Source: an uncultured SAR86 cluster bacterium
GTDB taxonomy: Bacteria > Pseudomonadota > Gammaproteobacteria > Magnimaribacterales > AG-339-G14
Length of the DNA: 64,000 bases
Direction: 5' to 3'
Assembly: GCA_902522825.1 (NCBI GenBank)
Contig: CABYXE010000001.1
Span: 58,843 to 122,842 of the forward strand
Below, piece after piece: positions 43,031-52,906 of this stretch. The position numbers were made by a program, and so were the translations under genes. The notes under the pieces are model-generated. The model was not told the origin of the DNA and did not search any database. It worked only from the letters and a program-made list of their open reading frames with translations. Each line of letters opens with the position of its first letter. Positions within the stretch are counted from its first letter, which is position 1.

Positions 43031-46000
43031 CTAAGCGGTTACTTTTCCTAAATAACAAAACATTGCGGGTATTAATAATAAGGCAATTAAAGCAGATCCT
43101 AAAACACCAAAACACATAGCCCAAGCTAACGTTTCAAAAAAAGTATCAAATAATAAAGGGAATAATCCTCCAACTGTTGTAATAGAGGTAGTAACTATAT
43201 GTCTCGTAGACCTTATTGTTGTAGAAACTAACTTTTCTTTGGAGATTTTTCCTTCAGCAGCATCTTCGTTGAGGTGAGACAAGACAACAATAGCATCGTT
43301 TATAGCTAATCCAGCCAAACCTACAATACCAACTAACCCTATAAAACCAAAATTCTGAAATCCTAAAAACATTCCTAGAAAACCCAAGCCAACACAAAGC
43401 AAACCAACAAATAAAATTACTCCAGCTTGATAAAAACTATTTAAAATCATTACTAAAGTAAGAATTATTAGGCCTAAAAATAAAAAGAAGGTGCTAAATA
43501 ATTGACCGAAAGATTCAGCTCTTTCATTGGCATCACCAAATTGCCTCATCACATACCCAGCCGGTAAGGAATTTTCAAAATCTATTAATTCTTCTTCAAC
43601 ATCTTTTAAAACAGAAGAAGCCAATTGCCCAGGATAAACTGCAGCCTTGACAGAATTCAGTCTTGAGCCTTGGTATCTATTTATTTGATTAATTTCACTT
43701 TTAAAAGAGATATTTGAAAAATTCTCAACGTATTCATAGCCATTAGCATTAGGTATTGCTAAGAGAGCAGTTTGGTTTATTTCTTTAGATTCGATATTGT
43801 TGTTTTTTATTCTTATAGGTATTTCTTTATTTCCATCTAACATAGAGCCAATATACAAACCTCTAGTTGAAGAAGAAATTTGATCTAAGATTTCTTTAGA
43901 AGATTTAGATGAAAATGCTAAATCAATTTCATCTAGGTTAATTTCCAATCCAGTTATACTTGCAGATTGATCAGCGAAGACGTCGCTTACTTGCGGTGAT
44001 TTAGAAATAATAGATTTAAGCCTTTCTCCCAAAATTTTTAAAACTTGATTGTCCTCTCCAAAAATAGCAACTTGAACTGGAAATTCTACAGGGGGACCAT
44101 TTGTAAACTTGCTAACCCTAATACGAACATCGGCGTGATTACTTTCTAGGTTTTTAGCTAATTTTTCTAACCCTTTATCCATTTTTGAATATGAGTTAGT
44201 GAAATAAACACCTACGGCAATATTATCTGAACCTTCTCCTGAAGAACCACCAATGACGTTATATAAAAGTCTTGGTAACCTTCTTCCAATCCACCACATG
44301 TCAGTTTCAATATAGTCCTCTAATAAAATCTGTTCTCTTATGCTTTCAACTCTTTCCTTTGTCGCAAAAATAGAAGCATTTTTATCTAATTCAACTTCGA
44401 CTTGAAACATCGTTTTACCCTGATTAGGAAAAAAATCAGTATCTAAAAAATTGAAAGAGATAAACCCTATTATTGGAAGTAAAAGAGCAAGAACTAAAGC
44501 TCTTGAAGGTTTATGAAAACTCCATTCTAAAAAATTTTTATAATGCTTATAAAGTTTTTTGTTATTAAATCCAGAGTTTGTCGAGTTATTTAAATTTAAG
44601 AAATTTTTCTCTTCCATAAATTTTAACAACACAGGAACTACAGTTAAAGCTAATAACAGCGATGAAGAAACAGCAAAAATTACTGTTATAGCCATGTCAC
44701 CTACAAACTCAGGACTTGCCCCCTTTCCTGCAGCCATTGGCATAAAAGCTAGACCGGTTGTAACTGTTGCCGCAAGTAAAGGTAAAGATAAATGTCTTAT
44801 AGATGCGTAGATTGCCTCTCTATTAATTAGATTTATACTTTTGCGATACTTGTAGTCTTCAACCACTATAATTGAGTTGTCTATTAAAAGTCCTAAGGAA
44901 AGAATTATTCCAGTTACTGAAGTAGTATGGAGGGGAATGCTAAAAATACTGCATAATATTAGTACTAAAAATATGGTAAGAGGCACAACAGCACTGACTA
45001 TAATTGCAGATCTAGGCCCTAAAGAAATGTAACTTAAAGCTAGAACTAAAAAAGTAGCTATAAAAATGCTTTGCAATAAGAATGAAAATTTATCCTCAAC
45101 AAAATCAGCTTCGTTAAATACTAATTCTAAGGCAATTTCTTCCGGCAGATCGGCTTTAAAAGCATTTGAGATTTTAAGGACTGATTCAGAATATAAATCT
45201 GTTCTTTGAGAAAAAATTCCTCTCACTTCGACAAATACAGAAGGAATACCATTATAAGTTACGAACTCAATTGGGGGATTTACTGGTAATTTAGAGACAG
45301 TGGCAACATCTTCAAGTCTTAAAGCTTGATAATCGCCAATTATTTTTAAAGGTAATTTTTTTAAATCACCTACTAAAGAAATATTATCTTGAGCTTGAAT
45401 TCTAAACTCAGATTTTTGCCCAGTAATATTTCCAACAGCTTGTTTACTATCAAATTGTTCGATTACTTTTGCAATGTCTTGAATATTCATCCCAGCATCA
45501 GCTAATGAATCTAAATCTGCGCCGATATATATTTCTTCTTTCGTATCTCCATAAATTATAGATTTTTCAGAGTTTTCAATATTTGCTAGCTTTCTTTTAA
45601 GCTGGCTAGCTAATCTGGAGAGGATAATCATTTGAGGTTCGCCCTCTCCTACCCACTGAAGAGCAAAAAGGAGAGTAGTTGGAGGTCCACTATGATTCAA
45701 ACTAATTTTAGTTCCAGGAGGAACTAATTCAGATGTTTCTTTTAATTTATTTTCTATTTTTGACCAAACTTCATCCGTCTGTGCTTTGGTCACAGTTTCT
45801 TTGAGCTCGATCCCTACTAACCCAACTCCTGTCGATGAGTTTGAACTTAAAATTTTTATTTCATCAATTTCTCGGAGTTCTGTTTCTAGAATATCGGATA
45901 TTTGAGTTTCTACTCTATCCGGCGATGCGCCTGATAATACTGCAGTTATGTCTCCCCATCTTTCAGCAAGTTGTGGATTTTCTTGTCTAGGCAAAGAATC

Positions 46001-46090
46001 GAATGAAAGAAAGCCGCCAACCAATACGAAAAGAAGAAACAAAACAAAAATCTTCGGTCTATCCAGATAAAGATCAACAATTTTTTTCAT
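43031..46090 (-). CDS. RND efflux transporter permease (AcrB family)
   Basis: 1019 aa; LPRQENP, GLLIDNSIIVVE, R..R.I..TS.TT.GG. Confidence 0.92.
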   Translation of the reverse strand: MKKIVDLYLDRPKIFVLFLLFVLVGGFLSFDSLPRQENPQLAERWGDITAVLSGASPDRVETQISDILETELREIDEIKILSSNSSTGVGLVGIELKETVTKAQTDEVWSKIENKLKETSELVPPGTKISLNHSGPPTTLLFALQWVGEGEPQMIILSRLASQLKRKLANIENSEKSIIYGDTKEEIYIGADLDSLADAGMNIQDIAKVIEQFDSKQAVGNITGQKSEFRIQAQDNISLVGDLKKLPLKIIGDYQALRLEDVATVSKLPVNPPIEFVTYNGIPSVFVEVRGIFSQRTDLYSESVLKISNAFKADLPEEIALELVFNEADFVEDKFSFLLQSIFIATFLVLALSYISLGPRSAIIVSAVVPLTIFLVLILCSIFSIPLHTTSVTGIILSLGLLIDNSIIVVEDYKYRKSINLINREAIYASIRHLSLPLLAATVTTGLAFMPMAAGKGASPEFVGDMAITVIFAVSSSLLLALTVVPVLLKFMEEKNFLNLNNSTNSGFNNKKLYKHYKNFLEWSFHKPSRALVLALLLPIIGFISFNFLDTDFFPNQGKTMFQVEVELDKNASIFATKERVESIREQILLEDYIETDMWWIGRRLPRLLYNVIGGSSGEGSDNIAVGVYFTNSYSKMDKGLEKLAKNLESNHADVRIRVSKFTNGPPVEFPVQVAIFGEDNQVLKILGERLKSIISKSPQVSDVFADQSASITGLEINLDEIDLAFSSKSSKEILDQISSSTRGLYIGSMLDGNKEIPIRIKNNNIESKEINQTALLAIPNANGYEYVENFSNISFKSEINQINRYQGSRLNSVKAAVYPGQLASSVLKDVEEELIDFENSLPAGYVMRQFGDANERAESFGQLFSTFFLFLGLIILTLVMILNSFYQAGVILFVGLLCVGLGFLGMFLGFQNFGFIGLVGIVGLAGLAINDAIVVLSHLNEDAAEGKISKEKLVSTTIRSTRHIVTTSITTVGGLFPLLFDTFFETLAWAMCFGVLGSALIALLLIPAMFCYLGKVTA

Positions 46091-47064
46091 TAGTTAATTC
46101 TTAGATTTTGACCTTCTGCAACTTTAGCTGCCCCACCAATAATTACCAAGTCTCCATCTTGGATAGTACCTGAGACGTATGCCATATTTTTTTCAATGTG
46201 AATTAATTCTACATAATCTTTTTGGGCTTTTTTGCCATCAGATACGGTATATAAATTCCATAGCCCTTGTTCTGACTGAGCTAATGAATTTAATGGCACC
46301 CATGCCCCTCTTTTAGATTCTACTGTATTTAAAACAAGTCTTGCTGTTGCTCCAGGATTAAAAAAATTATCAAATTCAAAGAGTCCCAATTTATTGTTTG
46401 ATCCTTTCACTGACATTGGAGCAATTCTCGTCAGTTTAGCTTCAAATTCATCATTTTCGATCAAAAATTTGTATTGTTTTCCTATATTCAATTCGTTGAC
46501 CAGTGACTTTGGAAGTGACACTTTAGCTTCAACAAATTTAGAATCAAGAATTTCAATTATTGGAATACTAGCGTTAATAATAGAACCTTCATCTAAAAAC
46601 CTGTTTTGAATAATCCCATCATAGGGAGCTAAAATTTTAGTTTGTTTAAATTTTATTAAAGCTTTATCGAATTGAGCTTGAGCAACTAAAAAATTAGACT
46701 CCGCTCTTTCTAATTCTTGATCAGAAATAAAATTTTCCTCATTAAGAGAAACAGACCTATTAAAGACTTTTTCGAACATAGAAAGTTTGGCTTTTGCTTC
46801 GTTATAATTTGCAAGTGCCTCTGAATCTTCAAGCTCCGCCAAAAGGTCTCCAGTATTTACTTCATCTCCAATATCAACAATTACCTTTCTTAATTTTCCA
46901 GATATTTCAAATCCAAGTATAGATTGACGTTTTGGAGTTATTTTTCCTGGTAGCAATTTGCTGACCTTAAATTCATTAAGTATTTTAACTTCGTATGACT
47001 CAATATTTTTTTGAGAAGCAACGCATGTCGACATGAAAATCATGACTAATAGAATTTTTTTCAT
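46090..47064 (-). CDS. RND periplasmic adaptor (MFP)
   Basis: Lipoyl-like FEISGKL...GD.V..G, helical hairpin, APYDG. Confidence 0.9.
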   Translation of the reverse strand: MKKILLVMIFMSTCVASQKNIESYEVKILNEFKVSKLLPGKITPKRQSILGFEISGKLRKVIVDIGDEVNTGDLLAELEDSEALANYNEAKAKLSMFEKVFNRSVSLNEENFISDQELERAESNFLVAQAQFDKALIKFKQTKILAPYDGIIQNRFLDEGSIINASIPIIEILDSKFVEAKVSLPKSLVNELNIGKQYKFLIENDEFEAKLTRIAPMSVKGSNNKLGLFEFDNFFNPGATARLVLNTVESKRGAWVPLNSLAQSEQGLWNLYTVSDGKKAQKDYVELIHIEKNMAYVSGTIQDGDLVIIGGAAKVAEGQNLRIN

Positions 47065-47077
47065 TTTTTTTTAAAAT

Positions 47078-47126
47078 AATGTTTACAGTGCACACATTAG
47101 TGTTTAAAGTTAACAGTGTCAACATT
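47078..47126. promoter_or_regulatory. Two tandem imperfect palindromes, probable TetR operators
   Basis: AATGTTTACAGTGCACACATT (47078-47098) and AAAGTTAACAGTGTCAACATT (47106-47126), between the divergent tetR and MFP genes. Confidence 0.65.
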
Positions 47127-47133
47127 TATTTTT

Positions 47134-47760
47134 ATGAAATATCACCATGGAAATTTAAAAGAAAAATTGATTCAGAGCGCTTATGACTGGATCTCTGAAA
47201 ATGGTATTGAGGGCATAAGTCTAAGAAAAATTGCAAAGATTTCAAACGTTTCTCAAACCGCTCCTTATAGACATTTTTCTTCGAAAGAACATCTTCTGGC
47301 AGATGTGACCAAACTAGGATTTGAAAATTTTTCATTTAAACTATCTTCTTTTAGGCAAAATTCTGACCCTATAGAAAACCTGGTTGATAGTGGGATTAAA
47401 TATATTGATTTTGGTATGAAGAATCAGAATATTTTTAGCTTGATGTTTGACTACCCTCTTCCTAAAAGTGATTATCCAGAGCTTCTCTTATCGGCCAATA
47501 ACGCATTTGCAATTCTTCAAAACAGAGTAAAGGTCCTCCACAAGAAAGACGCATCAAAAAATCAACTTAACAGCATGGCTTTACATGCTTTCACACATGG
47601 CTTATTAAATATTATTCAAATGAATGAAAGAATAGATCAAGGAACAAAAATTTCGACTAAAGACCTAGCTAAATCTTCAGATTTTTATAAAGCTTCAAAA
47701 AAGGTAAAAATTAATCTTCGAAAATTATTAAAGGATTTTGTTAAAAATCTAGAATTTTAA
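47134..47760 (+). CDS. TetR/AcrR family regulator (YHHG type)
   Basis: MKYHHGNL, SLRKIA..SNVSQTAPYRHF helix-turn-helix. Start set at ATG 47134. Confidence 0.92.
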   Translation: MKYHHGNLKEKLIQSAYDWISENGIEGISLRKIAKISNVSQTAPYRHFSSKEHLLADVTKLGFENFSFKLSSFRQNSDPIENLVDSGIKYIDFGMKNQNIFSLMFDYPLPKSDYPELLLSANNAFAILQNRVKVLHKKDASKNQLNSMALHAFTHGLLNIIQMNERIDQGTKISTKDLAKSSDFYKASKKVKINLRKLLKDFVKNLEF

Positions 47761-47804
47761 TAATATTGCATATGCTTTATTAATTAATGCTTTTTAAGAT
47801 TTTC

Positions 47805-48071
47805 TTAAGTACTGTTCCAACTTGCAATTATATTTTTGTTTTCTTCTATCCATCTTTCTATTTGTAGGATTGCATAATCTTGACTCAATATAAGATCAAA
47901 ATTTTCTTGCGGCATTGAATCTTTTTCTTTTGACATTAATTCGATTAAGACTAAAAGATTTTTATTTTGCTCTTCGTACTCTCTCAATAATGGATGCTTT
48001 TTATCTTTAAATGTGTTTTTTATCTCCTCTAAAAGTGCACTCTTTAGTTCTTGTAATTCAAATACATCCAT
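47805..48071 (-). CDS. Hypothetical protein
   Basis: 88-aa helical ORF filling the gap; TATAAT 5 nt upstream of the ATG. Confidence 0.6.
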   Translation of the reverse strand: MDVFELQELKSALLEEIKNTFKDKKHPLLREYEEQNKNLLVLIELMSKEKDSMPQENFDLILSQDYAILQIERWIEENKNIIASWNST

Positions 48072-48104
48072 AAATAATTATAAGTGAATATTTATTTTTT
48101 AAAT

Positions 48105-49322
48105 TTAAATGGAAATTGCTTCAAAAGCTTCAGAAGCAATTCTAACAATTTCATTGATTTCAGCTTCACCATGGGCGACCGATAAAAAATGATTGTGATA
48201 ACTAGTAAGATACAATCCTCTTGATAAACATTCATCCGTCCATTCGACATGAAAATTTTTGGTTTGATCTTCAATCCTAAAATAAGGCATTGATGGCACT
48301 CCTGAAACTTTCATCTTTAAGCCAAATGCTTTTGCGGCAGAAGAAAGATTGTCTTTTAACTTTAATCCATTAGTGTTCATAATTTCAATGGCATTCAAAT
48401 TTTGAAGTTCTTCTAAAGTAGCTTTAGAAGCTGCCATTGGAGCAGAATTAAAAAATTGTGTTCCACTGAAATAGACTTTATTAGCCGCATCCTTTAAAGA
48501 TGCTTTACCTACAAGAGCTGAAATTGGATAGCCATTTGCCATTGCTTTTCCTAAACAAACTAAATCTGGACTAAATCCAAAAGCATTGTGAGAACCTTTT
48601 AGATCAATCCTGAATCCAGTTCTAACATCATCAACTATTAAAACAATATTATTTTCACTACATTTCTTTTCAATATGTTTCCAATAACCTTCTTTAGGGA
48701 GAGAACTATCTTTTGATGTTGGGTGATCGTATGGACTAGAAATAAAACATGCTATCTCACCACCAAATGACGAAATCATTTCATCAAATTCATCTAAATC
48801 ATTCCATGAAATTGAAAGAACCTCTTCGCTATCAGAATCGATTATTCCTGGATTATTTTTATTTTGCATCCAGCCATTAGCACCATGATAACCATCTTTA
48901 ATTTTTAAAATTTTTGTTTTTCCAGTCTCTGCTCTTGCAACCATAATCGCTAATTGGGTGCTGTCCCCGCCATTTTTTCCAAAAAGAGACCAATCAGCTA
49001 TATCAACCATATCAGTTAAAGTTTCAGCTAGGTCTACCATTACTGGCGAGGCAACACTAACCGTGTTACCAAGATCGTATTGTGTTCTAGCGGCTTTATC
49101 TATCTTCGAATTGTTATACCCTAAAATCATGGGGCCCCATCCACAAATCAAATCTAAATATTTGTTACCATCTATATCCCAAAAGTACGCATTTTTTGCT
49201 TTAGAAAAGAACTTAGGACCCTCCTCTCTTACCGCAAATTTATAATGCCCAAAAATACCTCCGGGAATTAATTCCTGAGCTTTCAAAAAAAGTTCATCTG
49301 ATTTTTTTTGTTCTAACTTCAT
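48105..49322 (-). CDS. Class III PLP aminotransferase (GSA aminomutase-like)
   Basis: DIDGNKYLD, YHG, DDVRTGFR, LGKAMANGYP. Confidence 0.85.
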   Translation of the reverse strand: MKLEQKKSDELFLKAQELIPGGIFGHYKFAVREEGPKFFSKAKNAYFWDIDGNKYLDLICGWGPMILGYNNSKIDKAARTQYDLGNTVSVASPVMVDLAETLTDMVDIADWSLFGKNGGDSTQLAIMVARAETGKTKILKIKDGYHGANGWMQNKNNPGIIDSDSEEVLSISWNDLDEFDEMISSFGGEIACFISSPYDHPTSKDSSLPKEGYWKHIEKKCSENNIVLIVDDVRTGFRIDLKGSHNAFGFSPDLVCLGKAMANGYPISALVGKASLKDAANKVYFSGTQFFNSAPMAASKATLEELQNLNAIEIMNTNGLKLKDNLSSAAKAFGLKMKVSGVPSMPYFRIEDQTKNFHVEWTDECLSRGLYLTSYHNHFLSVAHGEAEINEIVRIASEAFEAISI

Positions 49323-49348
49323 CTTTATAAATATCTTATCTAATAATG

Positions 49349-49439
49349 TGGCGGAGAGGGAGGGATTCGAACCCTCGATGCAGGATTACCACATACTCCC
49401 TTAGCAGGGGAGCGCTTTCAACCACTCAGCCACCTCTCC
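49349..49439 (-). tRNA. tRNA-Ser(GCT)
   Basis: GGAGAGG...CCTCTCC-G-CCA; anticodon arm CTCCC-CTGCTAA-GGGAG; long variable arm. Confidence 0.95.
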
Positions 49440-49460
49440 GAAAGAGGAATTGTAGATTTT

Positions 49461-51086
49461 TTAAGCTGATTGTCTAATGATATCTGCTGCTTTTTCAGCA
49501 ATCATGATTGACGGTGCGTTAGTATTACCTCCGATCAATGTTGGCATAATTGACGCATCAACAACTCTTAAATTATCCACGCCTTTTACTTTTAGATTAT
49601 CATCAACAACAGCCATGTCATCATTACCCATTTTACAAGTTCCAACAGGATGATATAAAGTTTCCCCAGTATCGCGAACCCATTGATCTACTTCATCATC
49701 ATTATCGACATTTAAATCTGGACTTGGTTTAGATTGTTCGCCTCGGTATTCGTCAAACGCAGACTGCATAAATACTCTTCTTGATTCTCTAAAAGCATTT
49801 CTTGTATCAATAACATCCTGTTCTTCAGATAGATAATTTGGATACATTAAAGGCGGCTCACTAGGATCTGAACTTTTAAGTTCTAAGTGCCCTCTACTCT
49901 GAGGCCTCAAAATACAAATAACTGCACTAAATCCATGATTTGAATCAATTCCTTCTCTTCCATGAAGATCAGGTGAATGAAAAGAAGCATAGTGAATTTG
50001 CGTATCAGGAATATCTTTTTCAGGACTAGACTTAATAAAAGCTCCCGCACTAGTAGGCGGAAAAGCTGCGTCTCCTGTTCCTAATAACAAATACTTTAAT
50101 CCTGAAAGTTGAGTTTTCAAAAAGCTAGCTGATCTGTGAAGAGTGACGGGTTGTGTGCAGTTAAAAGAATTTACAACGGCATAATGATCCTGAAGATTTT
50201 TTCCTACTCCTTTCAACTCATGTACAGTACTTATACCATGCTTAGCTAATTCAGATGAGTCTCCAATACCGCTGTTCATTAAGATTTGTGGAGAATTTAT
50301 TGCCCCTGCAGATAAAATTACTTCTTTATTAGCTTTTACTTGAGTAATTTTTCCTTTTTGTTGATATTCAACTCCAATAGCTTTTTTACCTTCAAACAAT
50401 ACTTTGTTTACTTGGACATTAGTTTCAGTACTTAAATTTTTTCTTTTTAATGCTGGGTGTAAATAAGCTCTTGCAGAACTCCATCTTCTGGGCCCTAATT
50501 TTGTATCTGACATAGTGTGTTCATATCTAGAAAAACCTTCTTGTTCTTCTCCATTAAAATCATTAGTGAAAGGAAATCCTGCTTGCTGACCTGCTTCTAC
50601 AAAAACATCTAGTAACTCATCGTCAGTTCTTTCAGACTTTTTCACATGAAGAGGACCTTCGAAACCATGAAAATCTTTATCGCCTTCGCCATTAAAAGAT
50701 TCAGCTTTTTTAAAATATGGCAAAACATTTTCATAAGACCAACCTTCATTTCCCATTTGTCGCCATAGATCATAGTCGTAAGCATGTCCTCTAATGTAAA
50801 CCATTGCATTAATTGATGAGGAGCCCCCCCATCCTCTTCCTCTTGGCCAGTAAAGTTTTCTGTTATTAGTTGTAGATTCAGGTTCCGTTTCAAAACCATA
50901 ATTTACGTCATTCTTAGTTGGTACAATCTGGGAGTAACCTGATGGCATATGAATAAAAAAGTTTTTATCTTTGCCTCCAGCTTCCAAAACCAAAACTGAA
51001 TTTTCTCCGTTTTGAGACAGCCTGTTTGCCATAACGCATCCAGCGCTTCCAGCTCCAACTACAATGTAATCAAAATTTTTTTCCAT
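49461..51086 (-). CDS. GMC oxidoreductase (choline dehydrogenase-like)
   Basis: GAGSAG, GGSSSINAMVYIRG, NLQDH, YHPVGTC, GNTNAP. Confidence 0.9.
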   Translation of the reverse strand: MEKNFDYIVVGAGSAGCVMANRLSQNGENSVLVLEAGGKDKNFFIHMPSGYSQIVPTKNDVNYGFETEPESTTNNRKLYWPRGRGWGGSSSINAMVYIRGHAYDYDLWRQMGNEGWSYENVLPYFKKAESFNGEGDKDFHGFEGPLHVKKSERTDDELLDVFVEAGQQAGFPFTNDFNGEEQEGFSRYEHTMSDTKLGPRRWSSARAYLHPALKRKNLSTETNVQVNKVLFEGKKAIGVEYQQKGKITQVKANKEVILSAGAINSPQILMNSGIGDSSELAKHGISTVHELKGVGKNLQDHYAVVNSFNCTQPVTLHRSASFLKTQLSGLKYLLLGTGDAAFPPTSAGAFIKSSPEKDIPDTQIHYASFHSPDLHGREGIDSNHGFSAVICILRPQSRGHLELKSSDPSEPPLMYPNYLSEEQDVIDTRNAFRESRRVFMQSAFDEYRGEQSKPSPDLNVDNDDEVDQWVRDTGETLYHPVGTCKMGNDDMAVVDDNLKVKGVDNLRVVDASIMPTLIGGNTNAPSIMIAEKAADIIRQSA

Positions 51087-51125
51087 GAAATCCTCTTTCC
51101 TTCTATATTTAAGATTTAATATATC

Positions 51126-51683
51126 TTATTTCCAAATCGTAACAAAGTCTTCTGTTTCAAGTTCAGGGATTTTTTTTGTTTTTCCATCAATTGAACCAAT
51201 ATATAGATAACCTATAACTATTTCTGATTCCTTAAGACCAAGCTCGACTGAAATTTCTCTATTAAAAGAAAATTTGCCAGTTCTCCAAATTCCTCCAAAT
51301 CCCATATCATGAAAAGCTAGCAACATATTTTGGCCAGCTGCAGCTGTAGATAACTGTTGTTCAATTATTGGAACCTTAGGGTGCTCTTTAGTATTGGCAA
51401 CTAAAACTATTATTAAAGGCGCTCTAAAAGGAGCACTTTTGTACTTTTCTAAAATTTCTGGCTTTGTGTTTGGATCTAATTTTTTTGCTGTACTAATAAA
51501 TGCATCAGATAACTTATCTAAGCCCTTTCCAGTAATTTGAATAAATTTCCATGGTCTTATCCAAGCATGATCCGGCGCTCTTAAAGCGCACTGATAAGCA
51601 ATATCGAGTTGCTCTTCTGTTGGAATTGGATTAGTTAGTTTCGGGGAAGAGTTTCTGGTTAGTAAAGCATCTATGGTCTTCAT
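51126..51683 (-). CDS. Nitroreductase (YdjA-like)
   Basis: R.S..KL, RAPDH, RPWKF, RAP, WRTG. Confidence 0.88.
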   Translation of the reverse strand: MKTIDALLTRNSSPKLTNPIPTEEQLDIAYQCALRAPDHAWIRPWKFIQITGKGLDKLSDAFISTAKKLDPNTKPEILEKYKSAPFRAPLIIVLVANTKEHPKVPIIEQQLSTAAAGQNMLLAFHDMGFGGIWRTGKFSFNREISVELGLKESEIVIGYLYIGSIDGKTKKIPELETEDFVTIWK

Positions 51684-51684
51684 A

Positions 51685-52902
51685 TTAATCTAACTCGAAA
51701 ACATCATGAAGAGCCTTAACCGCATCTTCCGCATTGTCCCTAGAAACTACAACTGAAATCTTTATTTCAGAAGTTGAAATCATATCTATATTGATATTTT
51801 TTTCTGCTAATGCAGAAAACATTTTTGTCGCTACTCCTGCATGAGATTTCATTCCAACTCCCACTACAGAAACTTTACTAATTTCTTTGGCTAGCTCTAC
51901 ATTCCCGCCGCCTAACTCATCAGATAAATTATTTAATATTTTCGCTGCTTTGTCTGCATCCTCATCCTTAACTGTGAAAGTAAAATCTGTGGTTTTATCT
52001 TCTGCAACGTTTTGAACAATAACATCTACTTCTATCCCTTCTTTACTAATTGGAGATAAAATCTTTGCAGCTATTCCTGGTAAATCTGGAACTTTTCTTA
52101 TTATTAATTTCGAATCATTTTTTGTATGCGTAACGCCCGAAATCAAAGCATTTTCTAAATTTTCATCTTCGTTATCAATCAAAGTACCTCCTCCTGGTTC
52201 AAAACTAGATAGAACTCTTATTGGCATATTAAATTTACTTGCGAATTCTACTGATCTTATTTGAAGAACTTTAGCACCTAAACCAGAAAGTTCTAACATT
52301 TCCTCAAAGCATAATTTATCTATCTTTTTTGCTTTGTCATAAACTCTTGGGTCAGTGGTATAAACACCATCAACATCGGTATAAATCTGACACTCATTAG
52401 CTTTTAAAGCTACAGCCAATGCAACCGCTGAAGTATCTGATCCACCTCTTCCAAGAGTTGTAATATCTCCAGATTCGTTTATTCCTTGAAAACCAGTGAT
52501 AACTGGCACTATGCCCTTTTTTATATCTTTTTCTAAGATACTCGTATCGATAGAGTTTATTCTTGCCTTGCCATGAATTTGATCAGTTTTTAATCCTAAT
52601 TGAAATGCTGTATACGACTTTGAAAGAAAATTTCTTTCTTTTAGAGCCATAGCTAATAATGCAACAGAAACTTGCTCACCAGATGAAATCAATGCATCGT
52701 ATTCTCTAGGATCTGGTTCTGATTGAATTTTTTTAGCAAGATCAATTAATCGCTGAGTTTCCCCTGCCATCGCTGATACAACAGCTACAACTTCTTTTCC
52801 ATCTTGAATAGATTTTTCTATTAGATTTGCAACAGCATGAATCCTTTCTATGTTGGCAAGTGATGTGCCGCCAAACTTTTGAACTATTAAATTGGGAGTC
52901 AT
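51685..52902 (-). CDS. lysC: Aspartate kinase
   Basis: QKFGGTS, TTLGRGGSDTSA, TDVDG; ACT domains with STSEIKIS. Confidence 0.95.
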   Translation of the reverse strand: MTPNLIVQKFGGTSLANIERIHAVANLIEKSIQDGKEVVAVVSAMAGETQRLIDLAKKIQSEPDPREYDALISSGEQVSVALLAMALKERNFLSKSYTAFQLGLKTDQIHGKARINSIDTSILEKDIKKGIVPVITGFQGINESGDITTLGRGGSDTSAVALAVALKANECQIYTDVDGVYTTDPRVYDKAKKIDKLCFEEMLELSGLGAKVLQIRSVEFASKFNMPIRVLSSFEPGGGTLIDNEDENLENALISGVTHTKNDSKLIIRKVPDLPGIAAKILSPISKEGIEVDVIVQNVAEDKTTDFTFTVKDEDADKAAKILNNLSDELGGGNVELAKEISKVSVVGVGMKSHAGVATKMFSALAEKNINIDMISTSEIKISVVVSRDNAEDAVKALHDVFELD

Positions 52903-52906
52903 TGTT

